This document shows, in pieces, positions 1-12,600 of a stretch of DNA of 64,000 nt. Every line of letters begins with the position of its first letter. Within the stretch, counting starts at the first letter, position 1. A model generated the notes under the pieces. That model was not told the origin of the DNA and searched no databases. It was given only the letters and a program-made list of their open reading frames with translations. Source of the DNA: Bugula neritina (lineage: Eukaryota; Animalia; Bryozoa); the NCBI GenBank assembly GCA_964035545.1, contig OZ037767.1:29838628-29902627 (forward strand). The letters are read 5' to 3'. Made by a program: the position numbers and the translations under genes.

Positions 1-3000
1 TTGTGGATGTGTTCTTCAATTGATCTCTCTACATCTTCGTGTATCAGAGAATTGAACATAAACTCTAAGTCTAAACCAACTTCTTGTAGCTGCAAAAACA
101 TTTAAAAGTTTCAAATGCGATCATAGACACAACATTCAATTTTACGTATTACTAGTTTGCTTGGGTTGTTTCATTAGTGATTTACAAAAGTACTTTGAAT
201 AAGTAAAAGCTTGAAAAAAATCATACTTTTCCAGGGAAGGTACAATTGATGAAACCAACACATGCATAGTTATGGACTTACAATAACCAGAATAAAGGAA
301 ATGGGTTGATAACTACTGATACACCTATAACTCTGAAGCATCAGTGAATTCTAATGAGTGAAATTAGAGCAGCGAGTCTATTTACTAAATGCTAGAGTTG
401 CATTGGAATCATAGCATTTGGTTGAACATCATAACTGATACTCCAACACATTCTTATGATACCATCACTGATACTTCAACACATACTGATGACATCATCA
501 CTGATACTCCAACACATACTGATGACATCATCACTGATACTCCAACACATTCTTATGACATCATCAAAGTCCAAACCGATGATGTCATAAAGATTAATCA
601 AGAAAATCAAATTAACATTTGAAACGCATCTGGTATCACCATACTCATTACAATTGACCTCTCCAGTTGATCTGAACACACTTGAAGACATAAACCTGAC
701 GCTCACCTTTGTACACGAGGTTCTGGCTATATACACACAGTCAGCTATAGCAGATATTCCTGACTTACTACCAAATACTTGTCTCTTGTACACCTCTACA
801 AAGCTTTCTAGCTCCTCTCTAGCCCACACAATCACACCTGCAGCATATAAACCCAGGCTATTGTATGTGTCACCTACACTAAAAGGCCTGTGGTATATTG
901 TGTTTAGCTCTTAATCTGTCCTGTAGCCACTCTTTACAGCTCAGAGATATCAAAACAAATCATCAATACAAACTCTCAGCTAATATATTAAAACATCAAA
1001 TCACACAGAAAAAGAAATAATATAAAGAAGATATAGAAATATAAGAATCTCTGTCCAGGAATGGATAAGAAAATATTGAATTTTGCAAATTTGTCAAAAT
1101 AAATTTCATCAGGTTAGGACTGAACTCTCCACACTGGATGGTGATACGATTTATAGAGTACATCTACCACAGTGTTTATACGATGCTGCTGTAATAAAAA
1201 TTTTCCATATAAATAGACGGAGTTGACTATTTCGTAGTTTCACCTGAAAAACAGCCATAGAACTGCTGAGGAAAAGCCTTGTAGAACTCCTTGCATGTCT
1301 CTTTGAGTGTATCGAAAAATACTTCACAAAGTCGTCTGATATATAGGCTGGTGGCGCCCTCTATCTTCAACTGTCTCATGTTATATCTAATCACTATGTC
1401 TCTATTCTTCAGGAAGAGTCTACATGCCTGTGGGTAAGTAAAAATTCATAAGAAATGTCAGCTGGCCAGATGTCTGGACTTGTATTAATAAAACTAGAAC
1501 CACAGCCAAGTAGTAAGTTGTGATCTTGAAACACTTCCAGCTCTTTGAGTAATTATTCTGGACATTAACATCCTTGGAAACTAATCTGAAGACATGCAGC
1601 TATAGCTTTAAATCTCCTCCATCAGACACCTTTCAATATTCCAGCAAAAAACTAGAGTACGTAAAGTCCAATACTGGAACTATTGAACATTTACTTTCTA
1701 GTAACAACCTGAGGTACTGAGTCTTAAGAGTTGCATTGCGGTTTCAAGCCTCCTTATATGGTATTTTGTCATATATCATATATTATATCATCTCATTTGT
1801 AAAGATTTAATCAGACATACTAGGTAACTAAACTGACACTAACCTGTGCTGACTTGCCGAGACGTATGAGCTGAGTGACAGCTGTGCGGGCACTGTTTGT
1901 CCCTGACCTCATTGTTCTCTCGGGAGGAGCGAGCAACTCCTGCATCAGAATATCCGTGAGCTGCTTGACTCGGTGATCTACTCTTGCACTGTGGGTAAAT
2001 AGAGAGAATTGTGGGTAAATAGAGAGAATTGTGGGTAAATAGAGAGAGCATTGTGGGTAAATAGAGAGAATTGTGGGTAACTAGAGAGAGCATTGTGGGT
2101 AAATAGAGAGAATTGTGGGTAAATAGAGAGAATTGTGGGTAAATAGAGAGAATTGTGGGTAAATAGAGAGATAATTGTGGGTAAATAGAGAGAATTGTGG
2201 GTAAATAGAGAGAATTGTGGGTAAATAGAGATAATTGTGGGTAAATAGAGAGAATTGTGGGTAATACAGAGAGAGAATTGTGGGTAAATAGAGAGAATTG
2301 TGGGCAATACAGAGAGAGAATTGTGGGTAAATAGAGAGAATTGTGGGTAAATAGAGAGAATTGTGGGTAAACGGAGAGAGAATTGTGGGTAAATAGAGAG
2401 AGAATTGTGAGTAAATCTGCAGCATCAATAGATCATTCACTACATTGACCTCTACTCACCTGTACTCATGCAGCACTGGAGACTTCACCATGACCTCACT
2501 GAGTCTAGCATTGACCTCTTCAATCTGGTCAACAGCTCCTTCAAAGTCCCGCTGAGCAATGAGCACATCCAAGTCTTCGGGGACCTCCTTCAACCCCTCC
2601 ATAGAGAACAACTCTCCCTCGGCAGTCGCCTCGGAATCAAAGGCTAAACATGAAAGTCAAGGTCAAATACAAATCAAAAGCAAACAGAATGAATATCATA
2701 AAATCTACATTACAAAATATGCTGTGAAATAAATTCAATAGAGCAATATTAAAACAAACAGGTATTAAAATAACTAAGCAGGTGCAAAAACTATAAAACA
2801 AACACACGACGTGAGGTGAACTTCTTGACACATGAAGCACATGAACACATCACGTATAATTAGCTTACGGTTGTAGCTCGGGTTTTTGCCTTCCGGACTA
2901 GCGAGTTCCTTTCTCTCAGTAGCTGCCAAAGCTTCTCTCCGTGCTTTATCTTTAGCAGCTTTCTTCTTTTTAACTTCTTCCAAATATTCCAGCCACTGAC

Positions 3001-5205
3001 GCTATTAATCATCATAGACCAGTCATACAATATGTAGAACACCTCGGAGTAAAGTACATGCTTGATGATAGATTCTACGTGAAACTCCACCGGTTTAAAG
3101 TGTATACCGTTACCCAGGGAAAAATAATTATATTTGAATAGTTATGAAAAATGCTTACCTTAGCCTTAGGATTTTCAGCCTGGTACATCCTGGTGTCGGG
3201 AAACATGAGTACTTTGAAAGCATTCTTCACGGGGCCAGCATCCCTGACGTTGACCACGGCTAGGCTATCCAACTCGTATAGAGCCTGGAACTTGTATTTT
3301 ATTGGCCCTCGTCTACCAAACAGGTACATAGTATACAGTCTACAGTGTACATAGTATACAGTCTACAGTGTACATACAGTCTACATTGTACATCGTAATA
3401 CATCACAAGAAATCAAGCATACTTGTTGGCGTTGGGTTGCCATGTGGCCAGCATTAAACTGTCGTTGAGGAGAAACATGTGACATTTCTGAAGTAGAGAA
3501 AACGACTCCGGTTCTATTTCCACAACATCCCCATCGTGTACAAGATACCTTCCGGATACTTCCATTACATGCTGTCGGATTGTTAACATAAAATATAATA
3601 TTTAATAATGCAACATAAATAACATATATCACATAGTATATAATACATAATAATATAGCATAAAATAATATTATGTTACATAGAATATAATATTTATTAA
3701 TATATAAAAAGTATATAACACATATCATATAACATAAAGCAATATTATATATTAAAGCATATAATAATATAATAATGCATAGGATAAAACATTTAATACA
3801 TAGGGTATAACATAAAATAATATAATTTTAGATAATAGATAGCATTTAATGTATGAAATAGCCTTATAACACAAAACAGTTTATGGCTGTAAAATCATTT
3901 TATAATATCGTATATAAATAAATATCTGAAGTACAAGTTTACAGAACTTTAGTATTTCCAAAAGAAACCAGTTTATAAACACAGTTACCAGAATGCTTCA
4001 TAATATAGCTTGGATAACAAACTAAACTCTTGCTATTCAACTCGGAGCTTCCAACAAACACAATTAATATGATGATCACATGACAGGAAATTGTTGCAAG
4101 CCTATAGTTTTTGCTAGAGGAAACTTTTAATTCTCAACTCACATGCATGTCGAGTATAAATAAAGGAAACAGTGACTTACAGAGCAACCTTCAACTTTTT
4201 CCATCAGAAAAGCTAAGTTTTTCCTTGAGTCTTGTTCATCTGTGGGGTCCACTTCAACTACAAGTAAGTTAGTTACCAGTTCTCAGGCTAAACATTACCA
4301 TACAATATGAATGAAACTTACGAAACCAAACAGAGTTTCTTACAATATATCTCTATAAGAACACAGATATTATTTGACATTTTACTAGGACAGTAGAACA
4401 ATATTGAAGAAATAAACAAATTAGGAGCAAAATATTCAACTTTAGGTATTGCTTCACATACTCTTGTCAGATGCGATTGAATTCTCCATTATGTTTTCCA
4501 TTACATTCTTCTGCTCTGTCAGCATGTGGTTAAGCTGATACATTTCTCCCTCCAGAACTAAAGAATATTTTATTATTAATTTTAAAAACTCTGTTTAATC
4601 AGGATTACTTTATTAATACACAAAAAATGAAAAAAAAAATTTCTAAGGACCTACAAACTAAATGAAACTACTTCTATTTAAAAAAATGTAAAGCTTTGCC
4701 TTGGCAAAACTTTATAAACGAAGATAAAATACATAAAAGCTATACCAGGAAAAAAGTTGAAAAAAGGATTAATCACAAAAAACAAAACTTTAAGAGAAAT
4801 TACAGGCATGCAATATCAACCATAAGTAGGAAACATACTGTATATTGCAACATCAACCATAAGTAAGAGACATACTGTATATTTCTTTAGCAGCTTCAAT
4901 AAACTTGAGATAATTCTCATAGACATTCTTCTTCAGCGCCCGTCTGGTCTCGTCCCCTAAAGCCTGAAGTTTTTGTCTTCCTTCTAGCAACCCATCATCC
5001 CCTTCTACTGTTAGGGTGTTCACATCTGTAATTATAAATGCACATAGCAGCTTAGGTTCCTTTGGGCTAATGAGCAGGAAATTACAATATTCTAGAAATA
5101 TCCATGTGGCAACATAAAAACATAACTTATTTCATTGAAATACTTACACTTCTCTAAATCAAAATTTTCACTTGTCAGTGCCTCTAGTAAACTACTACCT
5201 TCCAT
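1..5205 (-). CDS. EXOC8: Exocyst complex component 8 (Exo84); 3' end lies beyond the window
   Basis: Phase-consistent GT-AG exons: 5148-5205, 4876-5025, 4462-4557, 4181-4257, 3423-3571, 3159-3312, 2869-3001, 2460-2643, 1844-1988, 1244-1427, 707-837, <1-89. The translation has Exo84 hallmarks: LKKNVYENYLKFIEAAKEI, EMYQLNHMLTEQK, LMEKVEGC, the PH-domain segments FLLNDSLMLATW and AVVNVRDAGPVKNAFKVLMFP, PEDLDVLIAQRDFEGAVD, LKIEGATSLYI and EVGLDLEF. Confidence 0.95.
428..565. repeat. 33-bp minisatellite (~4 copies) in an EXOC8 intron
   Basis: Repeated unit ATCATCACTGATACTCCAACACATACTGATGAC; accounts for ORF 389..622. Confidence 0.85.
1989..2416. repeat. ~20-bp minisatellite (~21 copies) abutting the EXOC8 exon 9 acceptor
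   Basis: Unit TTGTGGGTAAATAGAGAGAA (minus strand TTCTCTCTATTTACCCACAA). Confidence 0.95.
4810..4883. repeat. 37-bp tandem duplication spanning the EXOC8 exon 2 donor
   Basis: GCAATATCAACCATAAGTAGGAAACATACTGTATATT followed by GCAACATCAACCATAAGTAAGAGACATACTGTATATT. Confidence 0.85.
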
Positions 5206-8200
5206 TGTAGTGCGATATAATAGTTAGAGCTACAACAATACAAATAGTTAGTTAGTTACTAAATCCAAATCGATGCAAGTTTACAGTTTCTAAAAATTCA
5301 AAGGCATGAACTTTTTGAAAAACCAGTCCCTTAGAAGAATTAGTGCACTTAAGTGCGGACAAAAATAGCCATAGTGCTAAGTAAAGTTGAGTCCATTTCT
5401 TCTTAAAAATAGAGATATTTTCACATTGTGAATTCAAATGTGCAAGTTAAGCATGAGTATGATGTAATGTAATGTTATAATTATTATAGTTATTACTTAT
5501 TAACTTCAAGTAGCAGCGTTACTTATTAGTTATTAGGCTTAGAAAAAAGTTTACTATTATTAGTTATTACTATTATTACCATTGTGATTACATAAATTTA
5601 TTATCATTTACATCATGATTGTCAGCATGATTATTATTATTTATCATGATTTAGATTATGATAAATTAAAATAACTATAAGTTTTAGCTAATAGCTACGC
5701 CTACTGTTAGTGTTATTAACAGCAGCCAAAGCTTAAACACGTAGTTTACCATTAACTTAGAATCATAGTTATAATTATTTAAATATTAACTTTAAGATAA
5801 TCAATATCATAAGAGTAAGACTAAGTCATAACACTAACAACAGCACTAACAAAAAAGTGCCATAGTTTAAGCCTTAAAGTTAAACTTAGAGTTACACTTA
5901 CTGTTTGTTAATCTTATTTTTATAGTTATGATTTCAGATACTCATATTCTGTATTCACTTATAGTTATTGCCTATGGGCTATGGCTATTGATCATCTTGG
6001 TTAATATTTTAGTTTTTCATGATATTCCTAGTAATACTATAACTAGTAAGTAGCCTACTATTATCAATTTTACAATTATTTATTGTTAAATTACTTTAGC
6101 TTTAGTTTACTGACTTACCGATAGTGATACTGATAGTGATGGATTGAAAATCAAAATACAGAATCAAAATGATTTAGATTAGTAATAGTTATAGTATTAG
6201 TAATAGTATTAGCATACTAATAGTTACTTTCATGAACTATAAGTCATATTGCCACAATAATTATCATTATAAATAAAACGATAATAATACGTGTGCTAAT
6301 TATTGTATTTATAATTTTAACATAATATTGCATTTGATATTCATATTCACTTTCAGTTCCACAACTTTCAATTCATTACAATTTATTACAATAACAGTGT
6401 CAATGGCTGAGATTATCGTTATTTTGGGTATTAAAGCATGGCGTTGATCAGACTAAAATTTTCGCAAAGTGTACAAATATATGAGGAAAGACAACTCAAT
6501 AGTAAACAGTATAAACAGTGAAGCTATAACTAAGTCAAAAATCAAACGATGGTGTTTTTATTTATCTGATGATATTTCCATATTCAACCCGATATTTTTT
6601 ACTACCACAACTCTGCAAGGCCTAACTACTATAATTCATTACTTGCTTGCTACAACACACTTCTAAAACTAATAACTATTTGCTGCTGCTCCAGATTAAG
6701 GCCCTAACAAGTAATGCCTGCAGTTATATGGAGAAAAACCTTAGGTTGTAGATGAACAAATTTTTGCATTCTCATCAAGATTTTTGGTAATTTTATTTAG
6801 CTAGCAATTTTTTTCACAGTACATGGCTTATATTAAGGGGTGCAATGGATAGATCATGAGATGAGGTAGTTCACATTGGCTTTCGTCTAGACTCTAGATC
6901 AACATAATATAACTCCTCGCTTCAAGTTTATTCTTAGAATGATAATATGGTTGGTAATGCAAATATATATAGAAAAATGAATATATGTTCTAAAATTAAA
7001 ATTTAGTTGAACTGGTATGTAGTGCATTACAATATGATTATGTAATAAAATCTAGAGCCATGAAAAACGTCTCTTTAGCACCCAATAATTTTGATCTGAA
7101 TAAAGAAATAGTCACTAAACGTCATATTAGTTATATTTCCTGATGATAAGGGTCATCATCTAGAATCTTTATAAGGTGTAGCCTATCAAATAGTGGCACA
7201 GTACTTTATGGAAGTCTTATTAATTCTAGTAAAACTTTTTATGCACAATTTTGTCTATAGCCTATATAATTTGAGTTAATAATCAAATGTTATGATTTAA
7301 ATAAGGTAGAAATAATATTCTAGAACAGTGAATATATAAGATAGTGAATGTGCTAGAACAGTGAATATATAAGATAGTAAATTCGCTATAGGTATAGTAG
7401 ATGCGCTAGAACAGTGAATTCTGTTGTAATCTCGCTACATCATTACATCTCATGAATTATGTAATCAGCTGTCTAGTTGTTGCCAAACAACAGTCAATCT
7501 ACAGCATGTCAAGTTAAAATTAGTTGTGACTCAGCCAATTTCTTTCTAGTAAAGGAAGCAGTAAGCTGTGCAGTAGCACACCTCGTACACATAAACTGGT
7601 GCATATATTATGTTAGACATCACTTTATCTCGTGCAGGAACAAAGCGCTTCTAGTAGCAATGCCAGCTCATTTTAATTTAAATTCAATATCTTTGCCAAA
7701 CTAAACTTATTTTTAACAATTTTAGGCAATCTAGAATAAAAATTTCAAACATGAATGCTTGTTTCAAAACTATATAGGTATTATATGCAAATACTCGGAA
7801 ATTTTGCCCTATCTTTACATTAATTGCATGTTTTACATATATATTTTAAACCTTAAATGCTGAAAATACTTTCATATGAAATATGTTCTGGAAACAGTAC
7901 AATTTCATTATATTATACTTAGTATCTGAAATGACAGTTCATTGCCATTAACTGTATGTATATGCAAATTAGGTTAGTTATATGTAACACAAAGCCAGTT
8001 GCTGACTATAAAGACTGTTTTTAGAAATCCATTCTGGCTGGGATTATCTGTTCACTCATTGCACACTCCCAGGTCTCACGTGTTAGCTGTTATATGAGCA
8101 CCTGCACAGCCTGTCAGGCACTTATAGCATAGCCTGACACATAATAACCTGATTTCACCTAAACTATTCTAACTATATTTGCCGGATTAATGCATAACCG

Positions 8201-9642
8201 AAAACCTAAATGAGCTACAACAAACTGTAACACGATATTGTGGATATAGAAGTAACTGACTAGTTTAACATTGCTATTGGATATACAGTTATCCAAGACA
8301 ACTTTTCATTGCTTTGAATAATTATTTCTTTCTAAACTGAGGTTTCAAGACTGTCAACTAGGAACATATTAATTAGCACTAATACTATGTCTAAACATTG
8401 CTATTTGTGTATATGAAATTTAGCATTAGGTAATATAATATCATAAACTGAATAGAATAAATGCATATAGTTGGTGCAGATCTTCATTAAATTTGGTAAA
8501 TTAAGAAACCTACATCATAAAATATGGTGTTTCTGTATATTATGTAATATACACTAGTTATAGTTTTAGTTGTCATTCTATTCTAAAAGCATTTCAGATA
8601 TTTAACCAATTCTTCCCATCAATGGTGTTTTTTAAATACTAATGAAACTATAACTTTTAGAGAAAAACTATATTATGCATGCTGTAAAACAATGGTTAAT
8701 AGAGCAAGATAAAGCTTCAGTATGTCCAGTGTCATTATACCATTGAAGAGGTATAAATTGAGATGAACAATATAAGATACATATAAGATGGAAGAATTTT
8801 GCCCATTGCAACTATTTTATAGTGACTATTTAAAAAGCTGCAATAGAAAGCACATGTTTAGTGGTTTTAAATGTTTTAGCCGGCTGAAAAAGAATTCTGG
8901 ATAATAATTCTAATCGATGAAACTACCCATTGACTTAGAAAAAAAAGTTGCATCATAAACTCAACATTTAAACCAACAACTACATTTCTAAACTTCACAA
9001 AAATAGCATCTTTTTTAAATGAGTTATTCTTTGGCAAAATGCATAAGCATTATTATATTGTTTTAAAGCAAAAGCTCAAAATAGTTATGTAATATATTAT
9101 ATATAGTGTAGCGCAATTTAGATAAAAAGTAGCATGTTAAAAATATTAAAGTTTATAACAGCTACAAATATTTTTTCCTTTAGCCGTAATGCATAAAAAC
9201 ATGAAACCAATATTCAATGATAATAGACTTAAATATGATGCCAGTTAACATAGTTATACTAGTAACTAGAAGCCAGTAGATGTAGCTAATGAATGTCACT
9301 AGTGACCAGTAACTGTAACTAGTAGCCACTAACTATACGTAATAACTATAGTAAAACAGCAAGCTATAGTTGTATATCTATAATGCTAGGCTAATAATGT
9401 TGTCTTTTTTACATTTCGACGAAGTTAGGTATTTAAAGTGTTTATTAGTAAATAATATCGATTTTAAAATCTTCAATGCTGAGGTATAATAAATTATCGA
9501 AATTTACAGATTTGGATGCAGGCTATTTTCTCATATGTGCATGCAATGTAAAGTTTGCTAGCACTCAGTTCAACGCAGCAATATATTGTTATTAATATAT
9601 TGTTAACAATACTGTTGGTGGTTGCTTTCAACTCAATATGTT

Positions 9643-12600
9643 TCATACATCACTACTTCCGTTCTCATTTTCATTAATGTGGACTTTGTTATGATAACTG
9701 TGGTTGTTTTCTTCTAGCTCAGGTTCATGAGTTTTCTTTAGGCTCAATTCTCGCTTTCGTTTTGCAGTTTTACAATGTCCCAATGTGCTCATGATAATGC
9801 ACTCTAGAAACTCTACAGCTGTGAGAACTGAGCATCCAATGAATAATCCAAGATGGCCGCCAATACTTCCTAGAAAACAAAGGCCCTTTCTTAGTAAGTC
9901 ATATTATGATGTAAAAAAATATAAAAATATGAATAATGAAATGCTGTTACTAACTGTTACCAAGTACATCCACTTTTGTAGTTGAAAATCTCAAAGCTAG
10001 ACAGAATGTGGGTATGATAGGAAGTATATTGTCTAACAGAAATAGCTTGGAAAAAGAAGACAGCCTATAACGGCCCTAATCTTTTGCTATTTTTATTGTG
10101 TTTTAATCTTGACTGATTTTGTGCAATAATTTTACTTTATCCTTGTCAATCTGACCACATCAATCACATCAAACTAGGATATTGATTGCAAACTCATTTA
10201 TATAAAACTGTATATTAAAATTTCAGTTCTGTAAGTTGGGAAACATTCATTTTCATCAGCCAACGAAAGTTGGTAAAAGAGTTTTATTAGCTTATTATTG
10301 CTGGCTCACTATAAATGAATAGTTATGAAATTTATTAAGTTGTGTGTTCAACAAGTGACTTTTTCCAATAGTTTAATAACTAATAACTATAATTCTTACC
10401 TAGTAGCGCTGTGCTGTCCATTGCCTTGTTCTGCACAGTCTCAGTTTCTGACATAGACTCATAATAAAGATCTAAACTCACCACGTTACCTCTAAAAATA
10501 CAAATAAAACATATTGGTACCACGAACCTAAGAGCTAAAACATAGCAGTGTCACAGCATGGGTTGTGAGTTTGGAATTGTTTATATTGTAGTACCAAGTA
10601 TGGCGGGAGTTCGTCAGCATGTAAAGTTATATAAAAAGTCACATTGAGTATGATCTCACCTGATATATTGAACTTGTGTGCCGTATTCTGGAACACCTGG
10701 TTGTACTTCTGGTAAAGTTATTTTAAACTTCTTTCCAAGATCTCCGCCGTAAGGGATATTAGGAAAGCTTGCATACGACAACTTGACGTCAAATTCTTCA
10801 TTCTTGCAGGCTATTGGACAGTCACATTCTTCGCCAAAGTTAGCATTGATTTTAGCTGAAGCATAAATATTGCAACAGTATGATAAGACATTTGTTTTCA
10901 ATTATATATTTATATTGCTTGGGTTTTTATACTGGTTGCCTAAGTCCAAATCTAAAACAATGTGAGTGAGTTTAAAAAGTTATCCATAGAAAATAATGTA
11001 TTTAAGTTATAAAGTAGTTTATATGTAGTAATGGTAATTGACCTTTAAAATTATTTCAGCAATATTAGTTTGGTTAATAACTACGTGATCAAATTTATAT
11101 AAATTTGAGCTAATTTAAAATCTATGCTAACTTGTTTAAATTTTCTATACAACCACTTACACAAACTTGTAATAAAGAGATTTCTGAGCTGCAGTAAATA
11201 AAAAAGATAAACTTGCTTATGACAGTTTGTTTACCTATTTCAATGAAAGCACATTGGCCGAGCTGCTCATAGCTGCAATCATCAAAGTCGCCGGGAAAGT
11301 AGTAGGGTTTGCATTGGCACTGTGCCACAACTCTGCTTAGTTTGCACTCTATTGCACAGGCTTCTACAGTGTAATGGTCTGCATATGTCAGCTTTCTCTT
11401 TGGGTTACATTTACCCCACGGTGGATAAAGATTGGATACCTAGTGCATGTAAAACATTGGGATTAGGAATAAAGAAAATACAAGCTCTATTTGACTATGT
11501 CAACGAAATGCAACAGCATTTAAAATGGCAGTTCTGATAGAAAACTACAATCAACAGAATCTGCACTAAAATATATTCAATAAAAAACTGTAGCTACTAA
11601 ACTATGCTGAAAATAATAAATAAATTTTAATTTCTAGTGGATTTCTAACCAAGTTTAATGACTCAAATCTGTTAGCTGCTGAATTATATTATATTGCAGC
11701 AGGCGATCTTACTCTGTTTTTGTTGAACCCAACGAAAGCCTTTTGTCCAGGTCCAGTTGAGTAGCCCATAGCATTTATCACTGGGGTTTGGTAGGGAGTG
11801 TGAACTATGAACTTTAACCCCAACTCACTGTTTCCTAACAGCTCCATAGCCTCAGCGTATTCCCACTACAATTGTTCACCAAATAATTAATACTTGTATA
11901 GCTCAACAATATGCAATATTTGTATGTTCAGCATATGATGAGCATTTCGACAGCGTGTTCTAAACAACAAAATACTTTTAGAGAATATATAAACATGCTT
12001 TAGTAGATATAACATTTTAAATATTATCTAATATTGCTTTTTATTTTATTGATAACTTGAATAAGAAAAAAAGATACTAGATTATTATTCTCTTTTTGCA
12101 TAACATTGTTTTCGAGTTTTTTTTATAGAATTTATAATTTATTTACCACTCATGTGTTAATCAACATTTTATTTGAAAGATACTACTTTTAGATATATAA
12201 TCATATTTTGTAGATTGTTTAGCTACACACTCTACTGTCTGTGCATGTTCATTTCTCTGTATGATATGACAACTCCACTTACTGTCTGAATGTCCAGCAT
12301 GATCTCTAACCCTCCAATTGGCCCAGCACTGTCTTGAATGAGAGGTAGGTTTACACCTTCTTCCTTGGCTAATGATTCAGGGATTTTATGGTTGAATGTG
12401 TAACAGTTTCCATAAGCTCCAAATTTATGGTCAAACCACTAAATAATATAACGTAAACATTCACAGATATATTGGTGTGCGTCACAATTACAGTTGGGCT
12501 ACATCTTTAAGCTAAAGGAACAGCCGATATCTAGGGATTGGAACATTAACCTAGTAAACATGGAGTCATGAGTTTAAACTCCAGTAAAGGCCATTGGTGA

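Noticed and set aside
1978-2440. Repetitive ORFs (YPQFSLFTHNSLYLPT...)
   Set aside because: Translations of the intronic minisatellite.
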